54,182 bases of DNA, from NCBI GenBank assembly GCA_903861715.1, contig CAIOVI010000037.1:1-54182 (forward strand), written 5' to 3'. A program made the position numbers and the translations under genes. The stretch comes from an uncultured bacterium. Lineage in GTDB: Bacteria > Patescibacteriota > Minisyncoccia > Moranbacterales > GWC2-37-73. The notes under the pieces are model-generated. The model had not been told where the DNA came from. It saw only the letters and a list, made by a program, of their open reading frames with translations, and ran no database searches. Below, one piece after another: positions 34,350 to 44,174 of the stretch (positions within the stretch are counted from its first letter, which is position 1; each line of letters starts with the position of its first letter).

Positions 34350-34440
34350 TCTGTATCTTGTATCTTGTATCTTGTTCCCTGCTGCATGTTCTATGTTCTA
34401 TGTTCTATGTTCTATGTTCTATTTTCCCTTGCTCCATGTT
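34350..34440. repeat. Heptamer tandem repeats (TGTATCT, TGTTCTA)
   Basis: tgtatct x3 and tgttcta x5. Confidence 0.85.
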
Positions 34441-34461
34441 TCACGTTATGCTTTCCACGAC

Positions 34462-34878
34462 CTAGTTGCAATCATTCGTCGCATAACTGCAAGTTATGGT
34501 TGTCTGCCCAGTCTTGGCTGCCGTAAAAGTATAAGTCAGAATTTGAGCATTGGTCGCTGCCGCTGCCGTCACTGTGTAGCCTGTTTTAGTGTTGACATCT
34601 GGCCACTTGACCGTGTGACTAGCATCATTGCAAATTGTGCTAGCAGTGTTGTAAGCATTGACTGAAAAACCATCGTCCTGGCAAGTCGCCAACTCTGGCA
34701 AAACACTCGCCATAGTGGTGATCGCCGAGGCCCGTTTGGATTTTTCCACTCCACCCTGCGTGCTGACCAACACAATCCCAGCCAAAATGCCAATGATAGT
34801 AATCACAATCATCAATTCCACCAAGGTGAAACCTCTTTTAGTCTCAAGGGTTGTTTTAATTTTGTTTTCTTTTTTCAT
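34462..34878 (-). CDS. Type IV pilin
   Basis: RG/FTLVELMIVI; ATG 34878 lies 6 nt after TGCTATAAT. Confidence 0.92.
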   Translation of the reverse strand: MKKENKIKTTLETKRGFTLVELMIVITIIGILAGIVLVSTQGGVEKSKRASAITTMASVLPELATCQDDGFSVNAYNTASTICNDASHTVKWPDVNTKTGYTVTAAAATNAQILTYTFTAAKTGQTTITCSYATNDCN

Positions 34879-34971
34879 AGGACAATTATAGCACAAAAGT
34901 CGTTTTTGATTCAAGACCACTAGGAAATTAATTACGAAAAACCTATTTATAAACTGGAGCACCTTTTCATC

Positions 34972-36180
34972 TTACATCATTGAAGAAAGATTGTATATTG
35001 GCATCAAAATCGCAAATACCAAAACCGCAACGCCAATGCCCAAGAAGGTAATCAGGATAGGCTCCAGCATAGTTGAAAGATTGCGGGTGATACTATCCGT
35101 TTCCTTCCCATAAAAAACTGCAATGTGTTTCAAAACTTCACTGATTTTGCCGGAATCCTCTCCGATCTTAATCATCTGGGAAACGATCGGTGGAAAAATT
35201 GGTGACCGCGCAAAAACGCTACTCATGGTGCCACCTTTTTTAACCTCGTCAGCTGCCCTCAGAATAACACTCTCATAGGCCGTGCTATTAACAACCCCAC
35301 TGATGATTACCAATGCTCGCACAATTGGAATGCCGCCGGACAAGAGCACGGCTAAATTTTCAGCAAAGCGAGCCAGGTAAACGTATTTAAAAACATTGCC
35401 CACGATTGGAATTTTCATTTTAATAAAGTCCCATTCTCTTTTGCCATCTTCGCTGCGCATATAATACATCGTGCCAAAAACCAGACCCAGAATCAAAAAC
35501 AAGACTCCCCACCAATACTGACTCATAAAATCACCCACACTCATCAGGATCTTCGTATACCAAGGGACTTCAACTCCCAAATCCTTGAAAACCGCTGTTA
35601 ATTTTGGCAGCACCACCACAGAAACCACGAAACCGATAACCACCGCTGCCGACAAAACGAAACCTGGATAAAAAAGTGCTCCTTTGATTTTGGAAGTCAA
35701 ATCATAATTTTTTTCAGCGTTATCGGCCAAAAAAGAAATCGAACGTTCCAAATTTCCTGAGAGTTCTCCCGCTTGAATCATACTAATGGCCAACGGTTCA
35801 AAAACATCTGGATGCTTCGACATAGCTTCTGAAAGAGTCATGCCGTCCTCCACGTCATCAACCATATCCCAAATGATCGTTCGCAAATAAACATTTTCTG
35901 TTTGATCGGCCACCGCTCGCATGGAATAAACAATGGCGACTTTCGCTTCAATTAAAGTTGCCATCTGCCTGAAGAAGACAGATACTTCGCGCAAACTAAT
36001 CCCTTCCCAAAGATGCTGCAAATCCTTGAGAAGTTCGGGGGTTTTCTTTTCTTGCTCAATCGAAATAGGCACGAATCCCTTGGCCTGGAGCGTTGCTGCA
36101 GCAGCGTCCTTATTTATTGCCTCAATATGGCCTTCCCTCAAATCTCCAGTCGAACTTTTTGCCTGAAAATAAAATTTCAT
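34972..36180 (-). CDS. pilC: Type IV pilus platform protein (GspF family)
   Basis: FFRQMATL, AGELSGNL, GALFYP, MIKIGEDSG, LEP...PIY. Confidence 0.95.
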   Translation of the reverse strand: MKFYFQAKSSTGDLREGHIEAINKDAAAATLQAKGFVPISIEQEKKTPELLKDLQHLWEGISLREVSVFFRQMATLIEAKVAIVYSMRAVADQTENVYLRTIIWDMVDDVEDGMTLSEAMSKHPDVFEPLAISMIQAGELSGNLERSISFLADNAEKNYDLTSKIKGALFYPGFVLSAAVVIGFVVSVVVLPKLTAVFKDLGVEVPWYTKILMSVGDFMSQYWWGVLFLILGLVFGTMYYMRSEDGKREWDFIKMKIPIVGNVFKYVYLARFAENLAVLLSGGIPIVRALVIISGVVNSTAYESVILRAADEVKKGGTMSSVFARSPIFPPIVSQMIKIGEDSGKISEVLKHIAVFYGKETDSITRNLSTMLEPILITFLGIGVAVLVFAILMPIYNLSSMM

Positions 36181-36274
36181 AACATTAAAATTGATTATTT
36201 TTTAGTTACCCTTCCGTCCTGAGAGAGTTTAACTCTCGTATGAGAGTACAGCTCCCAAGCGCCAATTTTAAATT

Positions 36275-37360
36275 TTATCTATTATTGCCACTAATCAGCA
36301 TCTGCAGATATTCTCGATTGCTGGAGTATAGCAAAGCATCATCCACTGAAATCAGCCCTCTTTGCACCAGATCGGCCAAAGATTTGTCCAAAGAAATCAT
36401 GCCATCCCGCAAACTAGTTTCAATGACTGAATCAATCTGATAAGTTTTGTTTTCTCTAATAAGATTTTCAACTGCATGATTGTTGATCATGATTTCCAAG
36501 GCAGGAATTCGTCCGCCGCCAACTTTTGACAACAAGCGCTGCGAAACCACTCCCAACAGCACGCTGGCCAACTGCGATCTGATTTGATTTTGCTGATGAG
36601 CTGGAAAAACATCAATGATTCGATCGATTGTTTGCGAAGTGTCATTAGTATGCAAAGTGGCTAAAATCAAATGTCCTGTTTCAGCCGCTGTCATGGCCGT
36701 GCTAATAGTGTCCAAATCTCGCAACTCGCCAATCAGCACCACATTGGCGTCTTCCCTGAAAACACTGCGCAGACCAGATTGAAATGATTTTGTGTCTTTG
36801 CCAACTTCGCGTTGATTGATGATGCAGCGATCTTGTTCATAAACATATTCAATCGGATCTTCCACCGTCACAATGTGTTTGTCCTGATTGTGATTAATAA
36901 AATCAATCAAAGCAGCAAGCGTGGTCGATTTTCCGTGTCCAACTGGACCCGTAATCAACAGCAACCCTTGCAACTTATGCGTAAATTCATAAAGCGCTGG
37001 AGGGAGATTCAATTCCTCCAAAGTCTTGATTCGACCAGCAACCAAGCGCATTGCCACACTCACATTGCCTTTTTGAAAGAAAACGTTTGTTCGAAATCTG
37101 GCTTTTTCTTCAAAATTATAGGAAAAATCCACCTGACCATCGGCAATCAATCTTTTTTTATTTTCTTCGCTCATCAAGCCATCGCTCAAGGCCTGGGTAT
37201 CCTCGACCGACAAGATGCTTTCCTGGGTCAAGGGATAAAGTTTTCCATCCAAGCGGATAGTCGGATATCGCCCAACCACCAAATGCAAATCAGAAGCATT
37301 TTGCTGTGCGACCAATCGTAAAAGGTTTTTGATTCTTTGTTCACTGTGCAAGGTTGTCAT
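36275..37360 (-). CDS. pilT: Type IV pilus retraction ATPase
   Basis: ASDLHL, GPVGHGKSTT, EDPIE, QREVG, AETGHL, TLHT, NLIRE. Confidence 0.96.
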   Translation of the reverse strand: MTTLHSEQRIKNLLRLVAQQNASDLHLVVGRYPTIRLDGKLYPLTQESILSVEDTQALSDGLMSEENKKRLIADGQVDFSYNFEEKARFRTNVFFQKGNVSVAMRLVAGRIKTLEELNLPPALYEFTHKLQGLLLITGPVGHGKSTTLAALIDFINHNQDKHIVTVEDPIEYVYEQDRCIINQREVGKDTKSFQSGLRSVFREDANVVLIGELRDLDTISTAMTAAETGHLILATLHTNDTSQTIDRIIDVFPAHQQNQIRSQLASVLLGVVSQRLLSKVGGGRIPALEIMINNHAVENLIRENKTYQIDSVIETSLRDGMISLDKSLADLVQRGLISVDDALLYSSNREYLQMLISGNNR

Positions 37361-37533
37361 TTTTATTTTTCTTTTTAAAACTATTTTAATTTAAAAATTC
37401 TCTTTAGCCTTGACCCAACTTTCATGCTGGAGTTTTTTACGAGCAAATGAAATTTGGGATATTCCTTTAATTCATTTGAAACATTCGCAGGCTAATTCGA
37501 ATTATTCGCATCGTAATTATATTATACTAATTT

Positions 37534-37920
37534 TTACATTTTCAGCAAAGTTCTCACTTTGGCCACAACCTCTGAAGGGGTGAAATGCGATTTAATCAAA
37601 TAATCATTCGCACCTTCCTCCACTGCCTTCTCGACTTTTTCTTTTTCAGAAATATTCGTGAGCATAATAATGGGAATGTCTTTCAAGTTTTGATTGTTTT
37701 TTATTTTCTGCAGAACTTCCATTCCATCCATGTAGGGCATAATAATGTCCAGCAAAATAGCGTCTGGCAGAAAAGTTTCCATTTTTTCAAGCGCAACAAC
37801 TCCATTTTCAGCCATCACAACTTCAAAACCCTCCTGCTCAAATTTTATTTGGTAAATATCCCGAATAAAAACATCATCTTCGATAATTAAAAGCTTTTTT
37901 TTGTTTTCGACATTTTCCAT
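37534..37920 (-). CDS. Stand-alone response regulator receiver protein
   Basis: IIEDD, LLDIIMP.MDG, MLTN, YLIK. Confidence 0.93.
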   Translation of the reverse strand: MENVENKKKLLIIEDDVFIRDIYQIKFEQEGFEVVMAENGVVALEKMETFLPDAILLDIIMPYMDGMEVLQKIKNNQNLKDIPIIMLTNISEKEKVEKAVEEGANDYLIKSHFTPSEVVAKVRTLLKM

Positions 37921-38003
37921 ATCCTTGGTAAATCTTGAAATCTAAAATTAATTTTTTGAGAATTAATTAAAAATTAAAAATTAAAAATTAAAAATTTTCG
38001 ACA

Positions 38004-39713
38004 TTAGGCTTCATCCACTTCTCCTCCCACGCTTCGGCTGCCTTCAGTCACTCTTTCAACTTCAGAAAAGGTGGTCATGCCCGCAATCACTTTCAAGATT
38101 CCATCTTGTTTGATTGTTATCATGCCCTTGTTTTTTGCGTAATCTTTAATTTCTTGCTCATTTCCATTATTTCCTGAAATGATCTCCTTGATGCCATCAT
38201 CAATATCAAGAGCTTCAAAAATTGCCGTTCTGCCCTTGTAGCCAGTTTTGGCGCATTCCTCACAACCACTTCCTTCAAACAAGGAAACTCCTTTGCTGAG
38301 ATCAACTCCATATCTAGCAATATCCTCTTGGGATACTCCTTCAATTTCTTGCAAAATGTAATCCCGCACCGCTTCGGAGACCTTAACTTCATGCTTACAT
38401 TTATCACAAATTCTTCTAACTAGTCGCTGCGCAGCCACCACTCGCAAAGAAGAAGCCAGCAAAAAAGCCTCGATGTTCATGTCTACAAGCCTAGGAATAG
38501 CCCCAATAGAACTGTTGGTGTGGAGGGTTGAGAGCACTAAATGTCCAGTCAAAGCAGCGTGAATTGTCAATTCAGCCGTTTCGTTGTCTCGAATTTCACC
38601 CACCATAATCACATTCGGATCTTGACGCAAGATTGAGCGCAGACCGCTAGCGAAAGTATATCCAATTTCTGGATTTATCTGACTTTGATTAACCCCCACC
38701 ATAGAATATTCCACTGGATCTTCCAAGGTAATAATATTTCGATCTTCCTTATTTAAAACGCCCAAACAAGAATACAATGTCGTTGATTTTCCAGAGCCCG
38801 TAGGACCAGTTATTAAAATAATTCCAAAAGGTTCATTGATATTTTTAATTAGCACGTCTCCGCCTTTTCCAATAATCCCCATGTTCTCAAGACTGGCCAA
38901 TTTGCTATCTTTGTCCAAAATTCGCATCACCAGTTTTTCCCCATCCATAATGGGCAGGGTTGAAACTCGGAAATCAATTGGGTGACCATTTTCAACCACG
39001 TTAAAACGACCGTCCTGAGGCTTTCTTTTTTCATCGATTTTCAAATTAGCCAAAATTTTTATTCTCGAAACGACTGCCTTGCCAACTTCTTTGGGAACTG
39101 AGAGCGAGGAATGCAGCAGTCCATCCACTCTGAATCTCACCCGATATTCTTTTTCAAATGGCTCAACGTGAATATCACTAGCCTTACCATCAATTGCGTG
39201 CCTGATAATCACACTCAAAAGTTTCGTCACTGGTGCTGATTGCACATCGTTGTCACCACGGCTGCCATCTCCATCCAAAAAATTGTTTTCGCTATCTCCA
39301 AACTCATCTTCCTTCAGAGAATCAACTGCTTCCTCAATTGCTTTCTCCGCTCCCCCAGCGTATTGCACCAAAATATCTTGAAAAATTTTCTCCGAAATCA
39401 AATAAACTTCAAATTTTAACTGAGTTTTTTCGGAAATAAATCGCAAAACATTCAAAGCATTAATATTCTGTGGGTCGACTATTCCGACTTTGACAAGCTT
39501 GTCTTTCTTCTCGAAAGCAACCATCTGATTTCCCCTGGCAACATCTTCGGGAATGATATTAAGCACATTAATAAAAACTGGCACACTTTTGTCCAAATAT
39601 GGCATATTTAATTTCTTGGCATTTTCAGCCAAAATCGCTTCCGGATCAGTTTCCGCAACTGCCTGCTCCATTGAAGTTATTTTTTTGTCGCTATCATCAA
39701 CCGAAGTATCCAT
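38004..39713 (-). CDS. pilB: Type IV pilus extension ATPase (GspE/PilB)
   Basis: ASDIHVEP, PQDGR, GPTGSGKSTTLY, LRQDP, GEIRD, tetracysteine motif. Confidence 0.96.
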   Translation of the reverse strand: MDTSVDDSDKKITSMEQAVAETDPEAILAENAKKLNMPYLDKSVPVFINVLNIIPEDVARGNQMVAFEKKDKLVKVGIVDPQNINALNVLRFISEKTQLKFEVYLISEKIFQDILVQYAGGAEKAIEEAVDSLKEDEFGDSENNFLDGDGSRGDNDVQSAPVTKLLSVIIRHAIDGKASDIHVEPFEKEYRVRFRVDGLLHSSLSVPKEVGKAVVSRIKILANLKIDEKRKPQDGRFNVVENGHPIDFRVSTLPIMDGEKLVMRILDKDSKLASLENMGIIGKGGDVLIKNINEPFGIILITGPTGSGKSTTLYSCLGVLNKEDRNIITLEDPVEYSMVGVNQSQINPEIGYTFASGLRSILRQDPNVIMVGEIRDNETAELTIHAALTGHLVLSTLHTNSSIGAIPRLVDMNIEAFLLASSLRVVAAQRLVRRICDKCKHEVKVSEAVRDYILQEIEGVSQEDIARYGVDLSKGVSLFEGSGCEECAKTGYKGRTAIFEALDIDDGIKEIISGNNGNEQEIKDYAKNKGMITIKQDGILKVIAGMTTFSEVERVTEGSRSVGGEVDEA

Positions 39714-39774
39714 AAAATAAATACACTCTTAAAAAAATCACCAAACCAAACTAAGAACAGCTGCGAGCTCTAAA

Positions 39775-40518
39775 CTAAGGCAAAAATGGGTTGCTGCTGC
39801 CTGAAACTATGCCTTCCATGCTAACCTTGGGCGTGCTGTTGGAAGTATAATCTTTTAACTTCTGAATAGTCGCATTGTCAATACTAGAATTAAAATTAGC
39901 CAATTTTTTGTCATCCGCTTTCACTTGTTTCAAATATCCAAAATCAACCACCAACTTGGACACAATTGTAACTGCGCTTTGAGTTGCAGCTGGATCACTG
40001 CTTGAATTTTTTTCCACCGTAGAAATGCTCAAGGACTTCACGGTGTTTAAAAGTGACATCCGCTGAACAGCGTCAAAGAATGTTTTCAGTTTGTTATAAT
40101 CACCCTCGGCTGTGATTGTTAGTTGGATATTCTGCAAAGCATCGCTGGTCTTAACGTCTGCTGGGCTAACGGGAACAATGACTCCTGGGGCTGGCGACGG
40201 GCTACTGACAATTTCAAGGTTGTTCAAAAATACGCCAGAGTTTGAGGCAATGTAATTCACATCTCCAATGATTTTTTCTTCCATCTTATTGCTAGGAAGA
40301 TAATTAAGCACCAACGCACTGCCATCATCTGTTTGAATTTTGGAGCTCAATGTCTCTAGGGCGCTTTTCTTGCTTTCAACATTCTGCAAGATTTGTTGAT
40401 TCAAATTATAATCATCCCTGGCAGCTTGCAGAGAAGAAATTTCAGGTCTGATATAGGCCCAAAAAACAATCGCAGCAAGAATCAAAATTACAGGCAGAAA
40501 AAAATATTTCAATCTCAT
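39775..40518 (-). CDS. pilO: PilO-like alignment protein
   Basis: N-terminal TM, coiled coil, GDYNKLKTFF; position after pilM and pilN. Confidence 0.7.
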   Translation of the reverse strand: MRLKYFFLPVILILAAIVFWAYIRPEISSLQAARDDYNLNQQILQNVESKKSALETLSSKIQTDDGSALVLNYLPSNKMEEKIIGDVNYIASNSGVFLNNLEIVSSPSPAPGVIVPVSPADVKTSDALQNIQLTITAEGDYNKLKTFFDAVQRMSLLNTVKSLSISTVEKNSSSDPAATQSAVTIVSKLVVDFGYLKQVKADDKKLANFNSSIDNATIQKLKDYTSNSTPKVSMEGIVSGSSNPFLP

Positions 40519-40644
40519 TTTTTTATTTTCTACTATTTTGTTACCTTGAACAAAAAAATAATAGACTTGGATTATTAAAATTTTATATTTTAAGCTGAGC
40601 CACGCTAACAACTTTTTTGACTTTGCTGTTTGCGATAAACTCCT

Positions 40645-41163
40645 TTATTTAATGCTAAGCTCAATATCACACTTGATGCCTTTTTCATCCCTAACCAAAC
40701 CCTTAACTCCAACGCCTGAAACAAAATCAGCCTGCTTAAAGTTGAAAATTTGCTTAGAGACACTGCTGAAATCATTCGCCCTGAAGCTTATGTCTATTTT
40801 CTTATCCGCATCCCCATAAGAAGAAAAAACAACTCCCGGGATCACTGCCTTTGCGACCTTATCCAGGGTGCTTGTAGCTTCAACCTTAGAAGCGAGATTG
40901 TCTTTTATCTGCTTAACTCTGAATTGCAAGTCAATCACATCATCCACGCTTTTGCTGCCATTCAGAGAAGCCCCTGTCGACAAAATTTGTTCCCGCAATT
41001 TAGCATTTTTTTGATTAAAAAAATTAGAGCCCACTTTTAAACCAATATAAGAAAGAAGAATGATGGAAAAAACAATTGCAAACACCACCAAGCCAAAATT
41101 AAGCTTGCCAGTATTATTAATTAATTCTTCTCGTTGATCTTGCTGAAGATTGATTGTAGTCAT
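40645..41163 (-). CDS. pilN: PilN-like alignment protein
   Basis: INL motif followed by a TM helix; directly after pilM. Confidence 0.72.
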   Translation of the reverse strand: MTTINLQQDQREELINNTGKLNFGLVVFAIVFSIILLSYIGLKVGSNFFNQKNAKLREQILSTGASLNGSKSVDDVIDLQFRVKQIKDNLASKVEATSTLDKVAKAVIPGVVFSSYGDADKKIDISFRANDFSSVSKQIFNFKQADFVSGVGVKGLVRDEKGIKCDIELSIK

Positions 41164-41279
41164 ATTTGTAAAATAAATTCCTAATTAACTCGAATTTAAA
41201 CTCGAATGATCGCGAATAAAAAAAGTATCAGAGAAAATTAGTGAAATAATTAATGTTAATGAATGATTTATATCATTTA

Positions 41280-42407
41280 TTATTTTCTTTTATAATCATC
41301 AACTCCACGCAGTGCCAAACCGATAGCCACCGAAAAAGAAGCTCCCAATTCTTTCACAAAAGGCGCAACTTCATTTTTGACGGTTATGCCCCGCCAAGGA
41401 TTGCCTATCTGGACTTTCTCACCCAGCGCTTGTGCGAAATATTCAACCACGCCCTTCATTTTTGAAGTTCCACCTGAAATAATCAAGGCCTCAATCTCAG
41501 CCTTGCTATTCTTTTCTTTGTAAGCAACGATGATGCGACGCAATTCGCCCACAATCAAATCCAGCACCGGAACAATAATGGCACTTTCCTTGCTGTTGAG
41601 AATATCCTTTTCTCCTTTTTTGAAAATCTCCGCCCTGGCTTTTGAAACATTCATGCCGTCAATGATAGCTGAAGTGATTTCATCCCCACCAGCATCGATA
41701 TTACGGTTAGCGCAAATAACGCCCTTCTCAACTAAGATAATGTTAGTCGCCCGAGAACCGATGTCTACCACCAAAATAGTTCCGCTGCTGTCACCGACGA
41801 GTGAACGAGCAATGGAAAAAGTTTCCAGTTCTATGGCGCTGACTTCCAGCCCAACTCCCGAAACCAAGCGATCACAATGTTCGATATCCTTTTTAGGGGC
41901 AGCGACCAAAAGCACCTTAATTTTTCCAGCTGGATTATTTTTTGAATCACCTTTTAATTTAAGCTTGGCCATGATTCCATCTTGCTCTGGAAGTTTGACA
42001 TTTGTGGACTCTCTTTCGATAACCTCCCAACTCATGGCCACCTCATCAAGAGCGCTCGGGATATATTTATGGGCTTCAAATTGAATGGCCTTTGCCAATT
42101 CTGCTTCTGGCATGTCAGGCAGTTCAATGATGGTCACTAACCCACTAAAGCCAGGGATGGAAACGAAGGTCGAGGCAGGCTTAACTTTCATTTTGACAAT
42201 CAATTTTTTTAAAGATTCATTTAGCGTCTGCTCTACGGAGGTTGTTTTGAGATTATTATTAAAATTTTCCAAATTCAAACTAACAAACCCATAATTTTCT
42301 AAGCGAGTTTGCTGGTTGGTGTATGAAAGCTCGACCACCTTAATCGAAGACGTTCCAAAATCAACTCCAATAAAATGATTTTTATTTGTTTTAAACAGTT
42401 CAAACAT
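41280..42407 (-). CDS. pilM: Type IV pilus assembly protein PilM
   Basis: IGVDFGTSSIKVVEL, EAHKYIP, VDIG, SGG, VAIGLALR. Confidence 0.95.
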   Translation of the reverse strand: MFELFKTNKNHFIGVDFGTSSIKVVELSYTNQQTRLENYGFVSLNLENFNNNLKTTSVEQTLNESLKKLIVKMKVKPASTFVSIPGFSGLVTIIELPDMPEAELAKAIQFEAHKYIPSALDEVAMSWEVIERESTNVKLPEQDGIMAKLKLKGDSKNNPAGKIKVLLVAAPKKDIEHCDRLVSGVGLEVSAIELETFSIARSLVGDSSGTILVVDIGSRATNIILVEKGVICANRNIDAGGDEITSAIIDGMNVSKARAEIFKKGEKDILNSKESAIIVPVLDLIVGELRRIIVAYKEKNSKAEIEALIISGGTSKMKGVVEYFAQALGEKVQIGNPWRGITVKNEVAPFVKELGASFSVAIGLALRGVDDYKRK

Positions 42408-42484
42408 ATTTATTTTTATGTTATCCTAAAGCATATCAACTATCAAAATAATAACACATATCCCAAAAGTCAACAAGTAAAAAA

Positions 42485-43240
42485 ATGAAAAAACTGTGGA
42501 TAAAAATTATTTTCAGCCTAAGAAAAATAAGACTAGCCGTGCTTGATGTTTTTTTCCCCATCAGTTGCCTTGGCTGTGGGACTCCAGACAATTGGCTCTG
42601 TGAAAGTTGCCAGCGAAAAATAAAGAGGCGTGATCAGCAGCTTTGCCCAGTTTGCGAAAAAAACATCACCCCTGATGGTCAAGTCTGTTTTGCTTGCAAA
42701 AAGAAAACTTCTTTGACGGGTCTGCTAGTTGCAACAAGCTATCAGCAACCTCTGATTTCAAAAACTGTCCATCTCTTCAAATATCGTTTTCTCGCAGAGC
42801 TTGCAAGGCCGCTAGCTGAGTTAATTTTGCAAGCAATTCAAACTTGTGAATTGCCCTTGCCAGAACTCATTATCCCGATTCCTCTCCACCCCCGCAGACT
42901 CCGCTGGCGAGGTTTCAACCAAGCAACGCTGCTAACCGAGGAGATGGCTGACAAACTTTTGCCAGATGCAAAACTAGAAATTTCAACTGACACCCTGATT
43001 CGCCAGCGTTACACCCTGCCCCAAATGACCCTCAAAGACCATCGCCAACGCAACGCCAATATTCAAAATGCTTTTGTCGTCACCGATGCTGCAAAAATAA
43101 AAAACAAAAGGATCCTGCTGATTGATGACATCACCACCACTGGTTCTACAATTTTTGAATGCGCCCGCGTCCTCAAAAAAGCCGGGGCCAAAGAAATCTA
43201 CGGCGCCGTTATCGCCCGGCAAGAATACAAGCAAAAATAA
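42485..43240 (+). CDS. comF: ComF family protein (zinc ribbon plus PRTase domain)
   Basis: CxxC clusters, PIPLH...RGFNQA, LIDDITTTGST. Confidence 0.95.
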   Translation: MKKLWIKIIFSLRKIRLAVLDVFFPISCLGCGTPDNWLCESCQRKIKRRDQQLCPVCEKNITPDGQVCFACKKKTSLTGLLVATSYQQPLISKTVHLFKYRFLAELARPLAELILQAIQTCELPLPELIIPIPLHPRRLRWRGFNQATLLTEEMADKLLPDAKLEISTDTLIRQRYTLPQMTLKDHRQRNANIQNAFVVTDAAKIKNKRILLIDDITTTGSTIFECARVLKKAGAKEIYGAVIARQEYKQK

Positions 43241-43304
43241 TTACCTCCACCCCAACATCCCTAACCGCTCAAACTTTCCCACCCAACTTTCCCACTTCTT
43301 GCTT

Positions 43305-43340
43305 TGTGTCATAATCCCACGGCCGACGTCAGATGACACT
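43305..43340. repeat. Palindrome family B, copy 1
   Basis: TGTGTCATAATCCCACGGCCGACGTCAGATGACACT. Confidence 0.8.
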
Positions 43341-43406
43341 TTTTTCTTTCTTCTTTTCTCTCCTTATTTCCCCTTGTATTTCAATAATTTGGCAAAATTT
43401 TTTCTT

Positions 43407-44024
43407 TTATGTTTCAGCTTCCACAATTCCCGCCTCCACCAAAGCTGCAAAGTGCTTTGGTTTTTTCTGAAAAAGATATTCCGCTACTTTGCCCCGAATG
43501 TTTTCAGCCTTGAGCTGATTTTTTTTGGCAAAATTTTCAATTTTCTCGGTGGCCTGAAAGGTCTCAGTTTTATTTTCAACCAACAACTCCACTTCAGCAA
43601 CTTGATAACAAAAATCTTGCTCACCTGGCAAGTCAGAAGTTGCCACATCTAAATCAATTGCAAGACCTTCTTTTTGATATTTTCTGCGAGTTGTCTTGAG
43701 TCGGCAAAAAATTTCATAGCCAAAGGCCTTGATGTCAGTTTCAAAATCCAACACTGGCGCCACCGCAAAAATTTCCCTGATTTTTTCAGCGCCCGAAATT
43801 TCTTGAAACTGAGTAGTCTGCAATTTCTCCCCTTGAAGGACGGGCAATTTTAATTGAAATTCTTTATCTCTTTTTCTCAGCCAAATATTATTTTTCGAGA
43901 GCGTAAAATCCTCGGTGTCAAAGTAGGCATCCGTGAAAGTTTTTTCACCGACAAAAATTGCGCCCGCCAACAAGCTTTCTTTTTCTGCTTCATCTAATTT
44001 AAATTTCCTTTCAACCTCAATCAT
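43407..44024 (-). CDS. CYTH domain protein (triphosphate tunnel metalloenzyme)
   Basis: EVERKF, DAYFD, WLRKR, LK, AEVE. Confidence 0.92.
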   Translation of the reverse strand: MIEVERKFKLDEAEKESLLAGAIFVGEKTFTDAYFDTEDFTLSKNNIWLRKRDKEFQLKLPVLQGEKLQTTQFQEISGAEKIREIFAVAPVLDFETDIKAFGYEIFCRLKTTRRKYQKEGLAIDLDVATSDLPGEQDFCYQVAEVELLVENKTETFQATEKIENFAKKNQLKAENIRGKVAEYLFQKKPKHFAALVEAGIVEAET

Positions 44025-44060
44025 AATATTTTTATCCCCCCCCTTTTTTTATTCCCCCAC

Positions 44061-44096
44061 TGTGTCCTGATTCCACGGCCGACGCCAGATGACACA
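44061..44096. repeat. Palindrome family B, copy 2
   Basis: TGTGTCCTGATTCCACGGCCGACGCCAGATGACACA, 31/36 identical to copy 1. Confidence 0.8.
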
Positions 44097-44174
44097 TTAT
44101 TTCTTTTCCTCTTATTCCCCTTATTTCTCTCTAGTTCCCTTCCTCCCCTCATTCCCCTTATTCCCTTTCTTTTT

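Noticed and set aside
32646-34878. Diversity-generating retroelement or shufflon acting on pilins
   Set aside because: No reverse transcriptase or invertase in the window, differences are not adenine-specific, and all copies are co-oriented.
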